64,000 nt of DNA. Origin: Bigelowiella natans CCMP2755 (Eukaryota; Protista; Cercozoa). The translations under genes and the position numbers were made by a program. The DNA lies in assembly GCA_000320545.1 (NCBI GenBank), contig ADNK01000542.1:133002-197001 (forward strand). The letters are read 5' to 3'. Of this stretch, positions 40,969 through 54,122 are shown one piece after another. The first letter of the stretch is position 1. The number at the start of each line of letters is the position of its first letter. The notes under the pieces were generated by a model. That model saw only the letters and a list, made by a program, of their open reading frames with translations, did no database searches and had not been told where the DNA came from.

Positions 40969-43504
40969 CTATGTAACTAACGATTTTTTAGACAATTCTT
41001 CGATATAAATGATTACTAAACCTAAAAATTAGAAAGGGTTTCTGCAATATGAAATTGCCTCATTACATTGAATGAGCATATAACATCACCTGTGGGCTGC
41101 TTCCTTGATTTCTGAACCTTGAAAAACCTTCCAGGCGGGATGACGTATTCATCCTCGCCTTTGAAAGCTGAAAATTTTTGTATACTGACCGCGGAATTAG
41201 GCTGTATGTAAAACAAGGTCCGACTTCCACTATTTCCAATAAAATCTTTTGCAATTTTTACATCGCCTGGAAGCAATGTAGTCTCAATCATTTATTCGTT
41301 ATTTCTGAGATGATGATTACTTGTGCATGAGCTCACACCCCACCATACCACTTGTTTTCCTACTGGGTAATCTTTCGCGAGATCTGCTTTGACACCTCTG
41401 TACAACTTCTTTGTGAATTTTGGAAGCTTTTCTAGCGCGACCGTTAAAAGTTTCAGATATGGAAAATACACCTAACGCAATAAACCTCATTCATAAACTG
41501 TGGGAAGTATAGAGTATGTTAACCTCCAGCCCTTTCCTTAATGGATCTCGCAACTTCTCATTTAACTTCCGATAAAAGCCACACTCTTGAGTGTACAGAT
41601 GCACGGCTGCCCTCTCATTAAATTTCAGGACAGAGTCATCTTCTGAATGTTCGATGGCAAATTTTAGGCTGTTTTTAAGGAAAGGATTAAGGGACTTGAT
41701 AGAGGCAAAAAGAGGTTTGACTGCATCCATAAGAGGTACAAGTGGGAGCTTAGATATGCCTTCAATGGAAGGAAGCTTGAAGAGAGGCACTTCGTTTTGA
41801 AGGTCAGAAAGTCGCTTTAGATAAGACTCGTGTAGCATCATTGTGTCTTTTATAAAAACTGTCATCCGATCCGCTGTTTCCTTAACAGAAGAATTATGCA
41901 ATGCGTCCCACTCACCTATTCGATAATATAGTTTTCTGTTATGAATCATGTTATGCTGGAATCCTCACTGCAAATAAAGTGGACCTTCACGTGGTAGCCA
42001 ATCTACTTGATCCATCTTCAGCTCACCGAGAGCGCTGTTTATTCTTTTAAGTGGATTGCCAACGCCTTCTGTACCTTATCTCATAATAACACTCAAATCA
42101 GGAAATTCAAGCTAGGGTACAAAATAATTAATGAGTCTTACAAAATGATTCAGCGTTTGCAGCTGGGTTACAGTGCGATACGTGCCTGAAACTCATAATT
42201 ATTAGTCATTAATTGTTTCAGGTTTATCGTATTAACATCAGAGATCGCCATATTTCTACCGTATGGGAACATTCTGGAATAGGGGACTGATATTCTGAAC
42301 ATATTGTCGAAGACTTTGAGCTTTTGTTCCCCACCAGACAAATACAACTCCCTGATATTTTGGATCGTCTGTTTGTTCCTTTGCTTTGAGAATTTGTTTC
42401 ACGATTTCCTTAATAACAGGTCTCCAAAATGAAATGTGAGAGCTATGATGTAATGATTTGTCGCAGGTAGACGTCAGAGAAGCATTTAACAGCAAGCACC
42501 CTTGCGTCAGCAAAGCTTTGAAGTATGAGGGCGGCTGAAGAACTTTTGCCTTACTCAGAATTGTTCGCAATTCTTTAACTGGTGTGCGTTTGTTTACAAT
42601 TGAGCAATATTTGTCGGTTGCCATCAGCGCCGATTTTATAATGCATCTTATTGAAGTTACGCGGCCGAATCTCTTGTCGTCCCAATTGTGAAACGTGTTG
42701 TCGAACATCGCGATTCCTAATTGTTGAGCGTGAAAAGACATGTTGTAATTGTTAAAGGCAGGCGAAGAAAATTCAATGAGAGTCTACATCCGATGTATGT
42801 CGTAATTTCGTTATTCTCTCTCTACTCCTTATGCAGAAGAGAGAATACGAAAACATAGATTGTATTGAAAGTTATGTTCCAACCAGGAAAAAACCCAATG
42901 ATTTAGCTAGTGTGATTTTTCTAGCAGCAGCAATAATAGCAACACAACCACCACCACCTACTAGATAATGGTAATACACATCAATTTTCGACCTGTTGCA
43001 GATTCAACACGTGGATATGGTAATACATCAATTTTCGACCTGTTGCAGATTCAACACGTGGATATGGCGATTGTCCCAATATTATCACATTCCACCTCTC
43101 TGGGGGATTGGGTTTTAAGGCTTGGAAAGTAAGTTCTCTGACTGGAACAATTGCCTTCGATCTCTTCGGCCCCACAAACTTTGCAGCATTGAGTTGGCGT
43201 TCAATCATTGGTTTTAGGAGAGGTAACCAAGACTCGCCGCCCATGTTAAACAAAGCATTTAGCTCTAAAGGGTCACCTTCCTCAGTATTTTCTGACGAAC
43301 TTGAGGCAGTGAAAGGCTTTAAGTGTCCAACCTATTTAATTCGAAGACTTTTATTCGAATCTTCCGTTCATTCATTTGTCTAAATTGACACGTGGGGTGC
43401 ACCTTTTGCTTCTTCTTGTTCTTCTTCTTGTTGTTGTTACTATGGATTTCATTTTTAACATCAGAAGCACCAGAATGCTTAAAACTGGCCCAATCCAAAT
43501 CCAT
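40969..43504 (-). CDS. Uracil-DNA-glycosylase-like domain fused to an R-S-ExE (ARTC-type) ADP-ribosyltransferase; about 8 exons; start tentative
   Basis: UDG fold: VIILGQSPYPRVESATGIAMFD, TQGCLLLNASLT, VVFVWWGTKA, HVSHCNPAA. ART: AVHLYTQE..FYRKLNEKLRDP, LYRGV, WWGVSSCT, FSAFKGEDEYVIPPG. Ends ELSKKSLVT* at 40969. All introns checked are GT-AG and in frame. Confidence 0.88.
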
Positions 43505-44407
43505 GTTCGTGGGGCTCGAAGGAAGATGAATTGTACGCTCGGTAAGACAGGGAGGAGGAAAAGCTTCCCGCCATATGAAATATATCCTAGAAATGCCCTG
43601 TAATTCCATAGGACGACAAGCTCTTCTTCCGGGGATTATTTTCCGCAAGAATAATGAATGAGAATGCTTTGCATCCGAGGACGCCCTTCCCCCGATTATG
43701 TGGTAGGTGATAACCGTCTCGTGAATGATCACACTCCTTTTCGGTGTTGCAATAAGTATCATCGCCCAAAGCAAAGCGAGGATGGTAGGGCCACAGCTGC
43801 CCGATTCACATCAATCTGACCGTGAACAACTGGAAATGCAAGCTCCAGATTCGATACCATTCAGGTTCTAGGGTGTATTTCCCCACGAAATCTGCTGTAA
43901 AAACCTTCGAATTAATACTAGATTCCATCATCAAACGGAACCTCGCACGCTCGACAGGAAGCTGTATCCATTTGACCCACTCGTAATAAATAATTTACGT
44001 CGTTTTGTTGTGGGTGTAGTACACTGCCTGACAAAACTGCTGCTGCTGCTGTCGAAACTTAAAAGGGTTACGGCGAAATGTTGAACAAGAACCAACCCCT
44101 GATGGCACCCCCCGCGTATCAACGCCAGGAGCAAGCACTACGTGCCTTAGAATGTTGGGCAGCACCATTCGAATAATCTTCTAAATGAGAATCCCACTTA
44201 ACAATATATTAATCCCTCTTATTTTAGATCTTCGGCATAAGCGAATAATCAGTGGATCAAGACAACGCCGTATGCATTACGAATCCACAGCTAGTTGGGA
44301 TTGACTGAATGTTATATTTGATAATGATAAATGGGTTAAAATAATAATATTAATTAGGCGAACCAGTTCTTCAATATGGCCCACATTTACCCCCCCCGTT
44401 GGGACCC

Positions 44408-44460
44408 ATGGTGCGCGATGATTCACATCTGTCTCAGGGTGGTAGTAGTAGTAGTGGTAA

Positions 44461-44495
<35 letters not shown>

Positions 44496-45053
44496 TCACT
44501 GTCAAAGAGGAAAGCGAGGTAGTAGAAGTAGTATGAGGCCAATTATTATCATTAAACAGTTATTATGCGTTCATAAAGATGTTTCATAAAGATGTGTTTG
44601 TTTGTTGTCCAATTATTATCATTAAACAGTTATTATGCCCTTATAAAGATGCGTTTGTTATGCGTTCATAAAGAAGATGTGTTTGTTGTCGTAATTTCGA
44701 CTCCCTTCAAAGGTATGATGATGAAGCCAATATTGTTAACATGACTCAGGAGTAGTTGTAGCGCTCAGGGAGGAGGAATGCAATCAAAAGCAGCTTGATA
44801 ATCAAACAAAATCAAATATGGTTTCAGGGTGAATTATCCTAATTTTTGCAAATTCGTACAAAGTTGTGTAATTTAACCATGCATTGCGAGAACATTGTAC
44901 TAACAATTATGCTCTACCTAATGTGATCTACACATCTTCGTCGTTGTTTCAAGTAGGATTCGCCCATGGACGAAACCATTGCTACCAGAGAAAGACGTAA
45001 CATACAACAGCAGCATTTGTATCAATTTCATTGATACGATAAATTACTAGTGA

Positions 45054-45085
<32 letters not shown>

Positions 45086-45407
45086 GCAGGATCGTCTGTT
45101 CGATGGTGGAGAGAAAATGATAAAATGGTAGCAGTATTTATTAAATGATGATGCGTCTTCGTCAAACAAATAGTTGGGGATTATTCGATGATGGTTGCTT
45201 ATCACTTCTTTTCCTTAACAGGACCTCAAAAAACGAGGACAATATACTTGAGCAGGCATCTGGGGGACTTTTGAAAGAGGCAACCTCTAATCTTCCTTGA
45301 TATACAATTATATATTTCTTGAAGAATCTTTATGGTATTTTTTTAGATTCCTGGTGAAAAAGAAATAGAGTTGGACGGTCAGTCCGCAGTGATACAACAT
45401 GCATAGA

Positions 45408-45442
<35 letters not shown>

Positions 45443-46513
45443 CCGTTACTACTACTTCGGATAATTTGTAATGAAAACAGAGGAGGCTATTGATAAAGGC
45501 GTATCTCAGCGATTGACAGCGCTTGTTCTAAAGAAATTTGAGAGAATACTACAAGAGGACGTGAGGAAATGATGATGATGATGATGATGATGATGATAGT
45601 AGTAGTAGTACTAGTTGGGGCCTGAAGAAAAGAAGATCAAGAAGAAAGAAAATGTAGCAAGAAGATGGAGGAGAAGGATGATAATGTGGAACTGGAGGGT
45701 TAACAGAAGGAGCGGGAAAAAACAGGGGAAAAGCAACACCACAATATCATCATCATCATCATCATCATCATCCTAGTAAGCAATAACATAGCTGCTACTA
45801 GTGAGTGATCTTTGTGATCCTCCTCCTCCTCCTCCTCCTCTAATGTGCTTTTGCTGCTACTGCCGCATATAGATTGCTTTGGATCAGATACCTGATCAAC
45901 TACCCGAAGATGATGTTGACGAGGGATTTATGAGGTGGTGGTGGTGGTGGTTAGAGTAAGGAACGAGAGCACCTCCAAAAGATAGATAGTAAACAATGAT
46001 AAATATAGTGTACTACTGCTCGTCGATAGATAGTAAACGATGATAAATATAGTGTACTGCTGCCCGTCGCTAAATACATAATAGAAAACAGTCCCATCAA
46101 TTGGCGTTCATGACAGAAATAATCATCTTATGAAAGTAGTGTGAAATGATGCTTCGTATGCTTCGTCTGAAAATAGACAACTGAATGCTACCTTGGAGTT
46201 TCTTCGAGATCGGTGATTAAGAACATATCATGGGGACTGATAGTAACAGAGTGTATTAGAGATCGGTGATTAAGAACATATCATGGGGACTGATAGTAAC
46301 AGAGTGTATTATTATTTTTTTTTTTTTCCAACATCGAGCAGAAATGAACTAGGATACCACTACATTGTTTGGTCTCCTTTCATTCATTTAAGTGTAAACA
46401 AAACCACCGCCTCCTCCTCTTCCTCCTCCTCTTCCTCCTCATCCTAGGTACAAACCCTTTGCTGCTGCTAGGGAGGAAGAGGTAAGAAAGAATGATAGAT
46501 ATTAGATATGATT

Positions 46514-46551
<38 letters not shown>

Positions 46552-46966
46552 AATAAATATAATATTATGTTGTGATTTTTTTTTCTTTAACATCAAATTT
46601 TACCACTGGCCACCACCTTATGAATACTGCTATTGATTTTCGGATATTCTTCAGTAGCACGCATGCTATTTGTGTTTTTCCCCGTGCTGATTTCTTGCCC
46701 TTTTCTTATTTATGCGGACGATGACAAATGTTGTTGCTTATAATCTCTAACATTAGGAAAAGGACAAAGAGAGGCACGAACTTCAAAAGAGAAAGCTTCA
46801 GTGGATTGCGAAGAACGTTCATACGGGTGCAGAAGATGTGAAGAGGTGGACTAATAATAATAGCACAACGTCGACATTCTTCTATATTACCATTGATGTT
46901 TTACGATAATAATAATAGCACAACGCCAACATTCTTCTATATTACCATTGATGTTTTACGATAAAT

Positions 46967-46998
<32 letters not shown>

Positions 46999-47348
46999 CT
47001 CTTATCCAACCTGATTATTAATAATTCAGGAAATGGGTACAGGCAAATGATGACTTCCACGGCTATAATCAATACTTAGCTTTGAGGAAATGGCAGGAGA
47101 AAACGTAATAGTTGTTCTCTCTTTCAGATTCGTGGATCCAATCTATTTCTTTCACATTATGGGAGAGTAGGTTATAATATAGGTTATCCATGTCTGAAAG
47201 AATGTTTGCACACTATTAACAAATCATGTTTGCATATCATTATTAAGTGAAAAGGAGGCAGAGGAATTTCAGAAGAGATTAGAGCAGCAGGATGACGAAA
47301 ATAAGGTTGTGATTTAGGATATGTCAATAACCATGGAAAAAGAAATTT

Positions 47349-47391
<43 letters not shown>

Positions 47392-49475
47392 ATTTGAATA
47401 ATATCTCCCTAATATACTTCAGTGGTCAGAAGAAGCAAAAAAATACAATCAGAAACAGGTTCTACTATTAAAACATCATATCTTTCTGTCGAATTATGTT
47501 ATGTTATGCAGCATCCATCCATCCATTATGTGGTCGTCATTGTCTTCTCTTTATGTCTCTTTTGCCTCTCTGTTATAAATAACCTTGAAGTCCTACAATA
47601 TCCCTCAGGAAGAAATAATCCTCAAATCTAAGCTGTTATAAATAACCTTGAAGTCCTACAATATCCCTCAGGAAGAAATAATCCTCAAATCTAAGCTGCA
47701 ACAACGTGCTTCAAAGGCTAGGTTATTATATATTCTTCAATGATTCACCTACATCATTATCATCACCATCATTATCATCATCATCATCATCATCATAGGA
47801 AGCGGCGGGAAGATAAAGAACATGTAAAGTTGGGTAAGCAAAGAGAGCAGCACTTCAAACCACTAGGTACACTTACTTGAAACACCGGCATACTCTCTCT
47901 GGGGTTGTCCAGTTTATCTTACGTCTATTTCTCTAGGAATGAGTGGAAAATTGTCCAAGATGAGCGAAGAAATATCAAATTCTTCAACGTAAGTATAAAT
48001 CACAAACTGCAATTCAAATTGTTAATTGTAGTTGTATAAAGCGCTCGTAGGTATCTGGAGGATCTGCAAGATGTTCAAAAATCAAGCAACAAAATCACGC
48101 ATATCGACCAAGCACAGCATCCTGGATTCTTAAGTTCCCGCAGCAAAAATTTGCATATCGTAATTTTTACTTTAGCATTAAATGTTCTTCTTCCTCTTTG
48201 CCGTGTGTGTGTGTGTGTGTTGTGAAAAATCAATAACAATGCTATATTATTATCATCATATCCAGGAAACAAGATATGATGAAATGGGACTGGGAAAATG
48301 TGTTGGTATGTTATACAATTGGTTGCAGCTGCTTCTCTGAATGATACGGCGAAGATTCTGTCTGGATGATGATAGCTTGGCACTTCTTAAATAGGAGTTC
48401 AAGCATGGCAAGCCGCCCCCCCCACTCCTCCGCCCACAGTACCACCGAAGAAAGATCGAGTCATTTTCACGGGATTTGGAACGTAGTTCTTATTAGAAGC
48501 CATAGATTGTTGCCTTAATCATGTACTTCATATTCAATATGAGCTTTCTCATTACAGCGTGGTGGACATTGATAAAGCTTTCCCAAAAAAAAAAAAGACT
48601 CCGGAGGAAGAGGTTTTCTATAATTCCATATTTTGTATTATAGCATTGGATCTTACCAATGTTGTTTTTGCGTTAATATTCAGCTTGAAGTGATGCTAAG
48701 TCTTGCACTTAAAACTGCCACGGTATATTAGTGAGTATATTAGTAAGTGTGGCGTCTCGAATGTAAGTCGTATGAATTTATGTCTTGCTATTGGGTTGTT
48801 ACCTTAGGCAAAGTTAGAAAATGTCGGTGTTCAATATCCCCCTCCTTTGCCACCGGTAACTCTCACTATACGGCAAAAAATGAAGAGGTCAGTCACATCA
48901 ACAGCAAGCAGAGAGTGTCTAAATTATTTAATTATCTTGACTTTTTATTAGGCGAGTAAGAACTGAAGTCGAGCGCATGAAGGAGAAGATTCGCCAGACA
49001 GAGGTAATAAACACATATTGATGATAATTATTAAAACTTCTAAGAACTCGTCATCTTTGACATTGCAGCTGAGGGAAAGATTGATAAAAAAAAGGGAAAA
49101 GAAGGCAAAAGCGGTATGCATCAGAAAGAAAATACTCCATGGAACATATGTGTGAAGTTGCATTTTTTTCCAATTTTGCAACAGGAGGAGAAATTGCAAC
49201 GATTGAGCGATGTCAGGCACAACAAATTGGTTGGTGAATTTCATTCGGTAGGAGGAGAGCTTCAGGTAGCACAACTTCGTCGCATTGATAGTAAACATTT
49301 AGGTGCGTGATTCCCACAATATGCACTCTTCATTAGAGTTTGTATTATGGTCGACTAAATCTTCGCATATCTTAATAAAAGTTTTGAAGCCATCAAAAAT
49401 AAGAGTAAAACTCCTTTGTCAATAAATGAAATGGAAGCCAAGCTACCAAGCACAGACAGTATGCCGCGCTCGTAG
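44408..49475 (+). CDS. Hypothetical charged/coiled-coil protein, more than 20 small exons; start uncertain
   Basis: Series of short purine-rich exons between GT-AG microsatellite introns (EKDKERHELQKRKLQW, EKEAEEFQKRLEQQDDENK, RVRTEVERMKEKIRQTE). Ends STDSMPRS* at 49475. Confidence 0.55.
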
Positions 49476-49679
49476 ATCGCCGCAGTGCAAACACGCCGCT
49501 CATGTCCTTAAGACATGTGGACAAATACATATAAACAAAGGATACATCATTATAGACATCATGTAGATAGCTTCATGTGCTGCATTAAACTACTACATGC
49601 AGCTCGCACATGCTTGCGATTCGTCTCACTCGAAGGCGCGCTACACTAGCTTGGCGTTACACATGTGTGCATAGACTTA

Positions 49680-49787
49680 TGAGACGGATGTAATGGATTG
49701 ATTAAATCTTTTGAATGGTCTAGTGGTCATCTGTCTAATGTAGCTATGTAATATAGCGGCTACAGTACTTATGTTGTGCCTGTTTGT
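49680..49787 (+). repeat. Copy of the dispersed spacer repeat family
   Basis: GAGACGGATGTAAT..ATTAAAT..TGGTC[TAGTGGTC]ATC..TGTAGCTATGTAATATAGCGGCTACAG. Confidence 0.8.
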
Positions 49788-50302
49788 GCATACTAGCATA
49801 GCTTACTTCTAATGACGACGAGGTATTCGCAGTGTATCTATATCTGCAGCTGCATGATAGTGCAGTGCATCGCAATGTACATTTTACCCTTTCATCAAGA
49901 TAGGATCAACTAGTAGCGCTCATGATCTCATCTGTCGATTTGTGGCACATCAGGCGATGATTCAGGTTAAGAGAAACATCACAATAGCCGTTATGTGGGC
50001 GGGCTCGCATGTCTTGTAATGTGCACTTATGCTCAACAAGTGTACACTTGTTATGGGTTCTCATTTGCACGTACTGTTCATGAAGACTTAAGCGTAAACA
50101 TCATGCGAGGGGCATAAGCAGTAGTGCACGCACATTATGATGTGCCAGTATTTTAAAGATTAATAGTTGATCAACATGGTCGAAATTCTTCGTGGGAACA
50201 ATGGAAACTTGGTATGAGTATATGATGTACAAAGCGAACATTATTGACAGACATGTGTGGTATCTCAAACTAAGTTACAGGTTGCGCTTTCACACTTCTC
50301 AA

Positions 50303-51802
50303 TTAGCCTTCTAGTGAAACAAAGCCAATTTCACTGCTTTCATCACAAGTACGAGCCTAAAAAGCCAACCATCAGCTCACATCTAAATGTATGTGGACAA
50401 TGATTACTTCCCATCTCTTGAATTTCCTTGACATCTTCGAGATTTTGTACTGGATCTTAAAGTTGGTGTGTCGGTCTATAAATATTTAAAAGTTAAAATG
50501 TAAGGAATTATGAATTGCTCCTTGGGTTCATATTTAAGATAGGTTAAAGCCAGATTTCTGTCAAATTGTTCCAATCAGTGTGTTTTTGTTTAGGAGAACC
50601 AACTATCTTTTTGTATCTTTTCCACCAACGGAACGATCACTTCTTCTGGACCCTCAAGCACTTGTCGAACCCTTTCAGATATGCATGTTGTCAACCAGAG
50701 GTGATAAATTCTCCTATTAACAAATTACACTCCAGTTTTGAGGAAAAGCCACATCATTCCGCCAATGGTTAGCAATTCATTTCTCGCACGTGCAAATGAA
50801 AGAATTGGCTCAACGTCTTCTGATTTCTTTAGCTTAGATGTGTACTCAATCTGCTAACATTAAAACAAACACCACCACTACGTTGATTGTCAAATTTTGT
50901 CAATGGGTTTTATTCGAGTTGTGGTTGAGCATGCCTGAAGAATCTGGGGAGATGATGCACAAGTTTTCTTCAAATCAAGCTCAGAAGTGACGACGAGAGT
51001 CATGACTCCCCACCTTTAGAAATGAGGGGTGTAGAGGGTAGGGGAAATTTTGGAGTTGACACCAGAATCAACTTCATTATTTTGGTTGTTGCTTATTACT
51101 TTTGAAATGAGCGCTGATCCACAAACTTTCTTTCTTCAACTACGATATCTGTGTGTCTATTGTCAAGACGAATTTTCTCGAATAAAACTAATACGTCTTT
51201 ATATTTCCCCTCTAGAGTCTGCTTTACCTAATATAATATAAGGTACGGGAATAGTGTGTACAGTGAAGGTATTTACATGATGAAATATGTAGTACCCTTT
51301 TTTGTTGCAGCTCAACCCAAAGCATACCCCCAATCTGGAATTTCCGGATTATTCCTCTGTGCTTGAGAGATTATCTTATTTATCTCATCCGATGCGATTT
51401 GTTTCATTCTTAGGTTTTAGAGGAAAGTGGTCAGTGGTTCATCATCTATACATCAAATGACCACCAAGTGACATGGATAATTGTACCTTGACGTGTAGGT
51501 CAGCCTGAAAAGCTTTTGATCCACATTATTGTCTTCTTGTCCTTGCATGTCTTGACAAAGGAGGAAAAGATGATTTAGACTTTCATTTATGATTACTATC
51601 AAATTTCTCACCACCTGTCTGTGAAGAAAGGTGCATATCCATCAATCTAGTCGGAGTCCTTGTTGCAACACTTCGGAAAGGAGAATGACTCCATTGTTCT
51701 GCTGCACCACTTCTCCTTGGTTCCTGCGAGTATCTGTGTTCGTCCTCCTCCGAATTGCAGAAAATGAAGAAATGCAGGCTATTTCTTTACTTGAGACATC
51801 AT
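50303..51802 (-). CDS. Tandem BLUF (flavin blue-light sensor) domain protein; apparent 1-nt frameshift in BLUF1; both ends tentative
   Basis: BLUF1: LFRLTYTSR..DEINKIISQAQRNN(frameshift)FQIGGMLW..VKQTLEGKYKDVLVLFEKIRLDNRHTDI..RSFQKWGVM. BLUF2: ILQIEYTSK..DVEPILSFARARNELLTIGGMMW..VRQVLEGPEEVIVPLVEKIQKDNRHTNF..RKFKRWE. Conserved Tyr, Asn, Gln, D-x-RH and Trp are present in both. Confidence 0.85.
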
Positions 51803-51861
51803 TTTTATTATCAATTTGTTTTCAGCCGATATCTTTTCCGTGTGGCTGTGGCAGTTAATAG

Positions 51862-51948
51862 CATGTCGCAGGATAAAAACGCATTGTTGGAAACATGTCG
51901 CAGGATAAAAACGCATTGTTGGAAACATGTCGCAGGATAAAAACGCAT
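51862..51948. repeat. About 2.7 tandem copies of a 32-bp unit in the BLUF/CDK divergent promoter
   Basis: CATGTCGCAGGATAAAAACGCATTGTTGGAAA starting at 51862, 51894 and 51926. Confidence 0.9.
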
Positions 51949-52019
51949 CGTAGTAGAACCGAGAACGCACTAGCCCCGCCCCGCTTAAGGGCCGTCCGTT
52001 AACAGGTGGCATAGCAGCG

Positions 52020-53498
52020 ATGAGTACAGCTATTGACCCAAAGCATCAGGTCTCAAGGGAATTACTCGAATCCTTTTCGCTTCAAGGGATAATTGGTAAT
52101 GTAGTCGCATCGTCGTTTCATACACGTACAACTACATTTGTTCGGTAGAGAGCATGCGACTGGAACCCTCGATGATGCGGTCAATCGACTCTACCTTCAA
52201 ACCACATAATGAAATTTATTGGTTCAGGTGAAGGAGCATACGGTGTAGTGTATAAGGGAGAATGCAAAAAGACCAAAGAAGTTGTTGCAATCAAATCGAT
52301 GAAGCCTCCACGAGAAGGTTGTCTCATCTCTTTACTTCTTTACTACTACGATGGTGCTAAATGGTGCTACTAACTACTGCTACTAATCCTAGAATTGTTA
52401 TCAATTTCTTGTTTTATTTCTTGCTGTTGCAAAAAGGTTTTGGGATTCCGATGGATGCCTACAGGGAGATTAAAATACTGAAAGAGCTCCAACACAAAAA
52501 CATAGTACGCCTCATAAGGTCATTCATTCTTTACTATTTGGTCGAACAAAATACTGAAAGAGCTCCAACACAAAAACATAGTACGCCTCATAAGGTCACT
52601 CATTCTTCACTATTTGGTCGAACAACAGAAACTTAGCTTACCTCACAGTTGTCAACGATATTAGTCACTAGATGCTCGATCAAACAATGGTATTTAGTGA
52701 TATTTTTTTGATATAGAGCTATCATGGGGGCTGATGATACTACTACTACAACTACTACCGGAAAATCTGAAAGTAGTGTTGGAAAAGCGAGAACCGGCTT
52801 GAATCTCACCGTAGCCTTGGTTTACAGCTACGCAGAGCACGACTTATCGCAAATTATTCGGCACCAACTGGTTTGAAAAGACTGCAGCATTTGAATCAAA
52901 ACTACTTTTGATTTACTTTTGATTTCTTTTTTTTAAGAAAATTCATGTTGGTTATATTAGCAAGCCAAGCGGCCATTTCCAAAAAGGATGATTAAGAGTT
53001 TCATCTTTCAGGTAGGATGATAATATTTCTTTGGTGGTTTGAATTGCGCATTTCAGTACCAAATTATCTTTCATCAGTTACAACTACTCCTAACTTAAAA
53101 TTATAAATTTGCTCCTCTTATTCTTCATTTTGTTGTTGTTTATTTAGATTTTGAAAGGGCTCGACTATCTTCACCAAAATTGGGTCATGCATCGAGGTAC
53201 TAGTAGTAGTAGTAGTAGTAGTAGTAGTAGCAGTAGTCATGCTTCGAGGTACTAGTAGTAGTAGTAGTAGTAGTAATAGTAGTAGTAGTGCGTGCATGAG
53301 TTGGTTAGGTAGTTAATTAGTTCTGCTGCTAACATTTTCTTGTCCTGTAATTGATGATGATACACGTTCTCATCATTCTCACATCTTTATAATAAATAAA
53401 TAAATTAGATATAAAACCCGCCAATATTCTGGTGATGGGTCAAAGACGGGAAGAGGGTTGTGTCAAGATAGCAGATTTTGGTCTCGCGCGGATTTTCC

Positions 53499-53541
<43 letters not shown>

Positions 53542-53735
53542 ATTATTCAGCATTATTTTTATCATGACGGTCACTAATAAAATGATAGAAATTAGGCGAT
53601 GAGTTGAAGAAGGTGAAATAATAAAATATTAATAACTTGGGTAATGGACAAATAGGCGCCGTTGCGAAAGCTTTCCTATGATGGAGACGTAGTAACAATC
53701 TGGTACAGGGCGCCTGAGCTATTGCTTGGATCGCA

Positions 53736-53770
<35 letters not shown>

Positions 53771-54091
53771 TAAAATACCGGCCTTTTATTTTCAAAATAT
53801 TGTGATCTACACTAAGTCGCTACTTGTTCGTTGCTATAGCATACTCTCTATAGCATGCTTTCTTGCCGTTTTCGAACAAACCTTGCATAGCCATGACACT
53901 CACCATTATCGTCATCATTATTTTGAGCAAGTAATATCATCAAGCATAAGATCAACATAATCTGGGTAGTAGTACTGGCCATCATCATCATCATCATCAT
54001 TATCATCATCATCATCATCAGGCACTATACCCCCGTCATTGATATCTGGTCTGTTGGCTGCATTATGGGGGAATTAATGAAGGTAAGCTAG

Positions 54092-54122
<31 letters not shown>

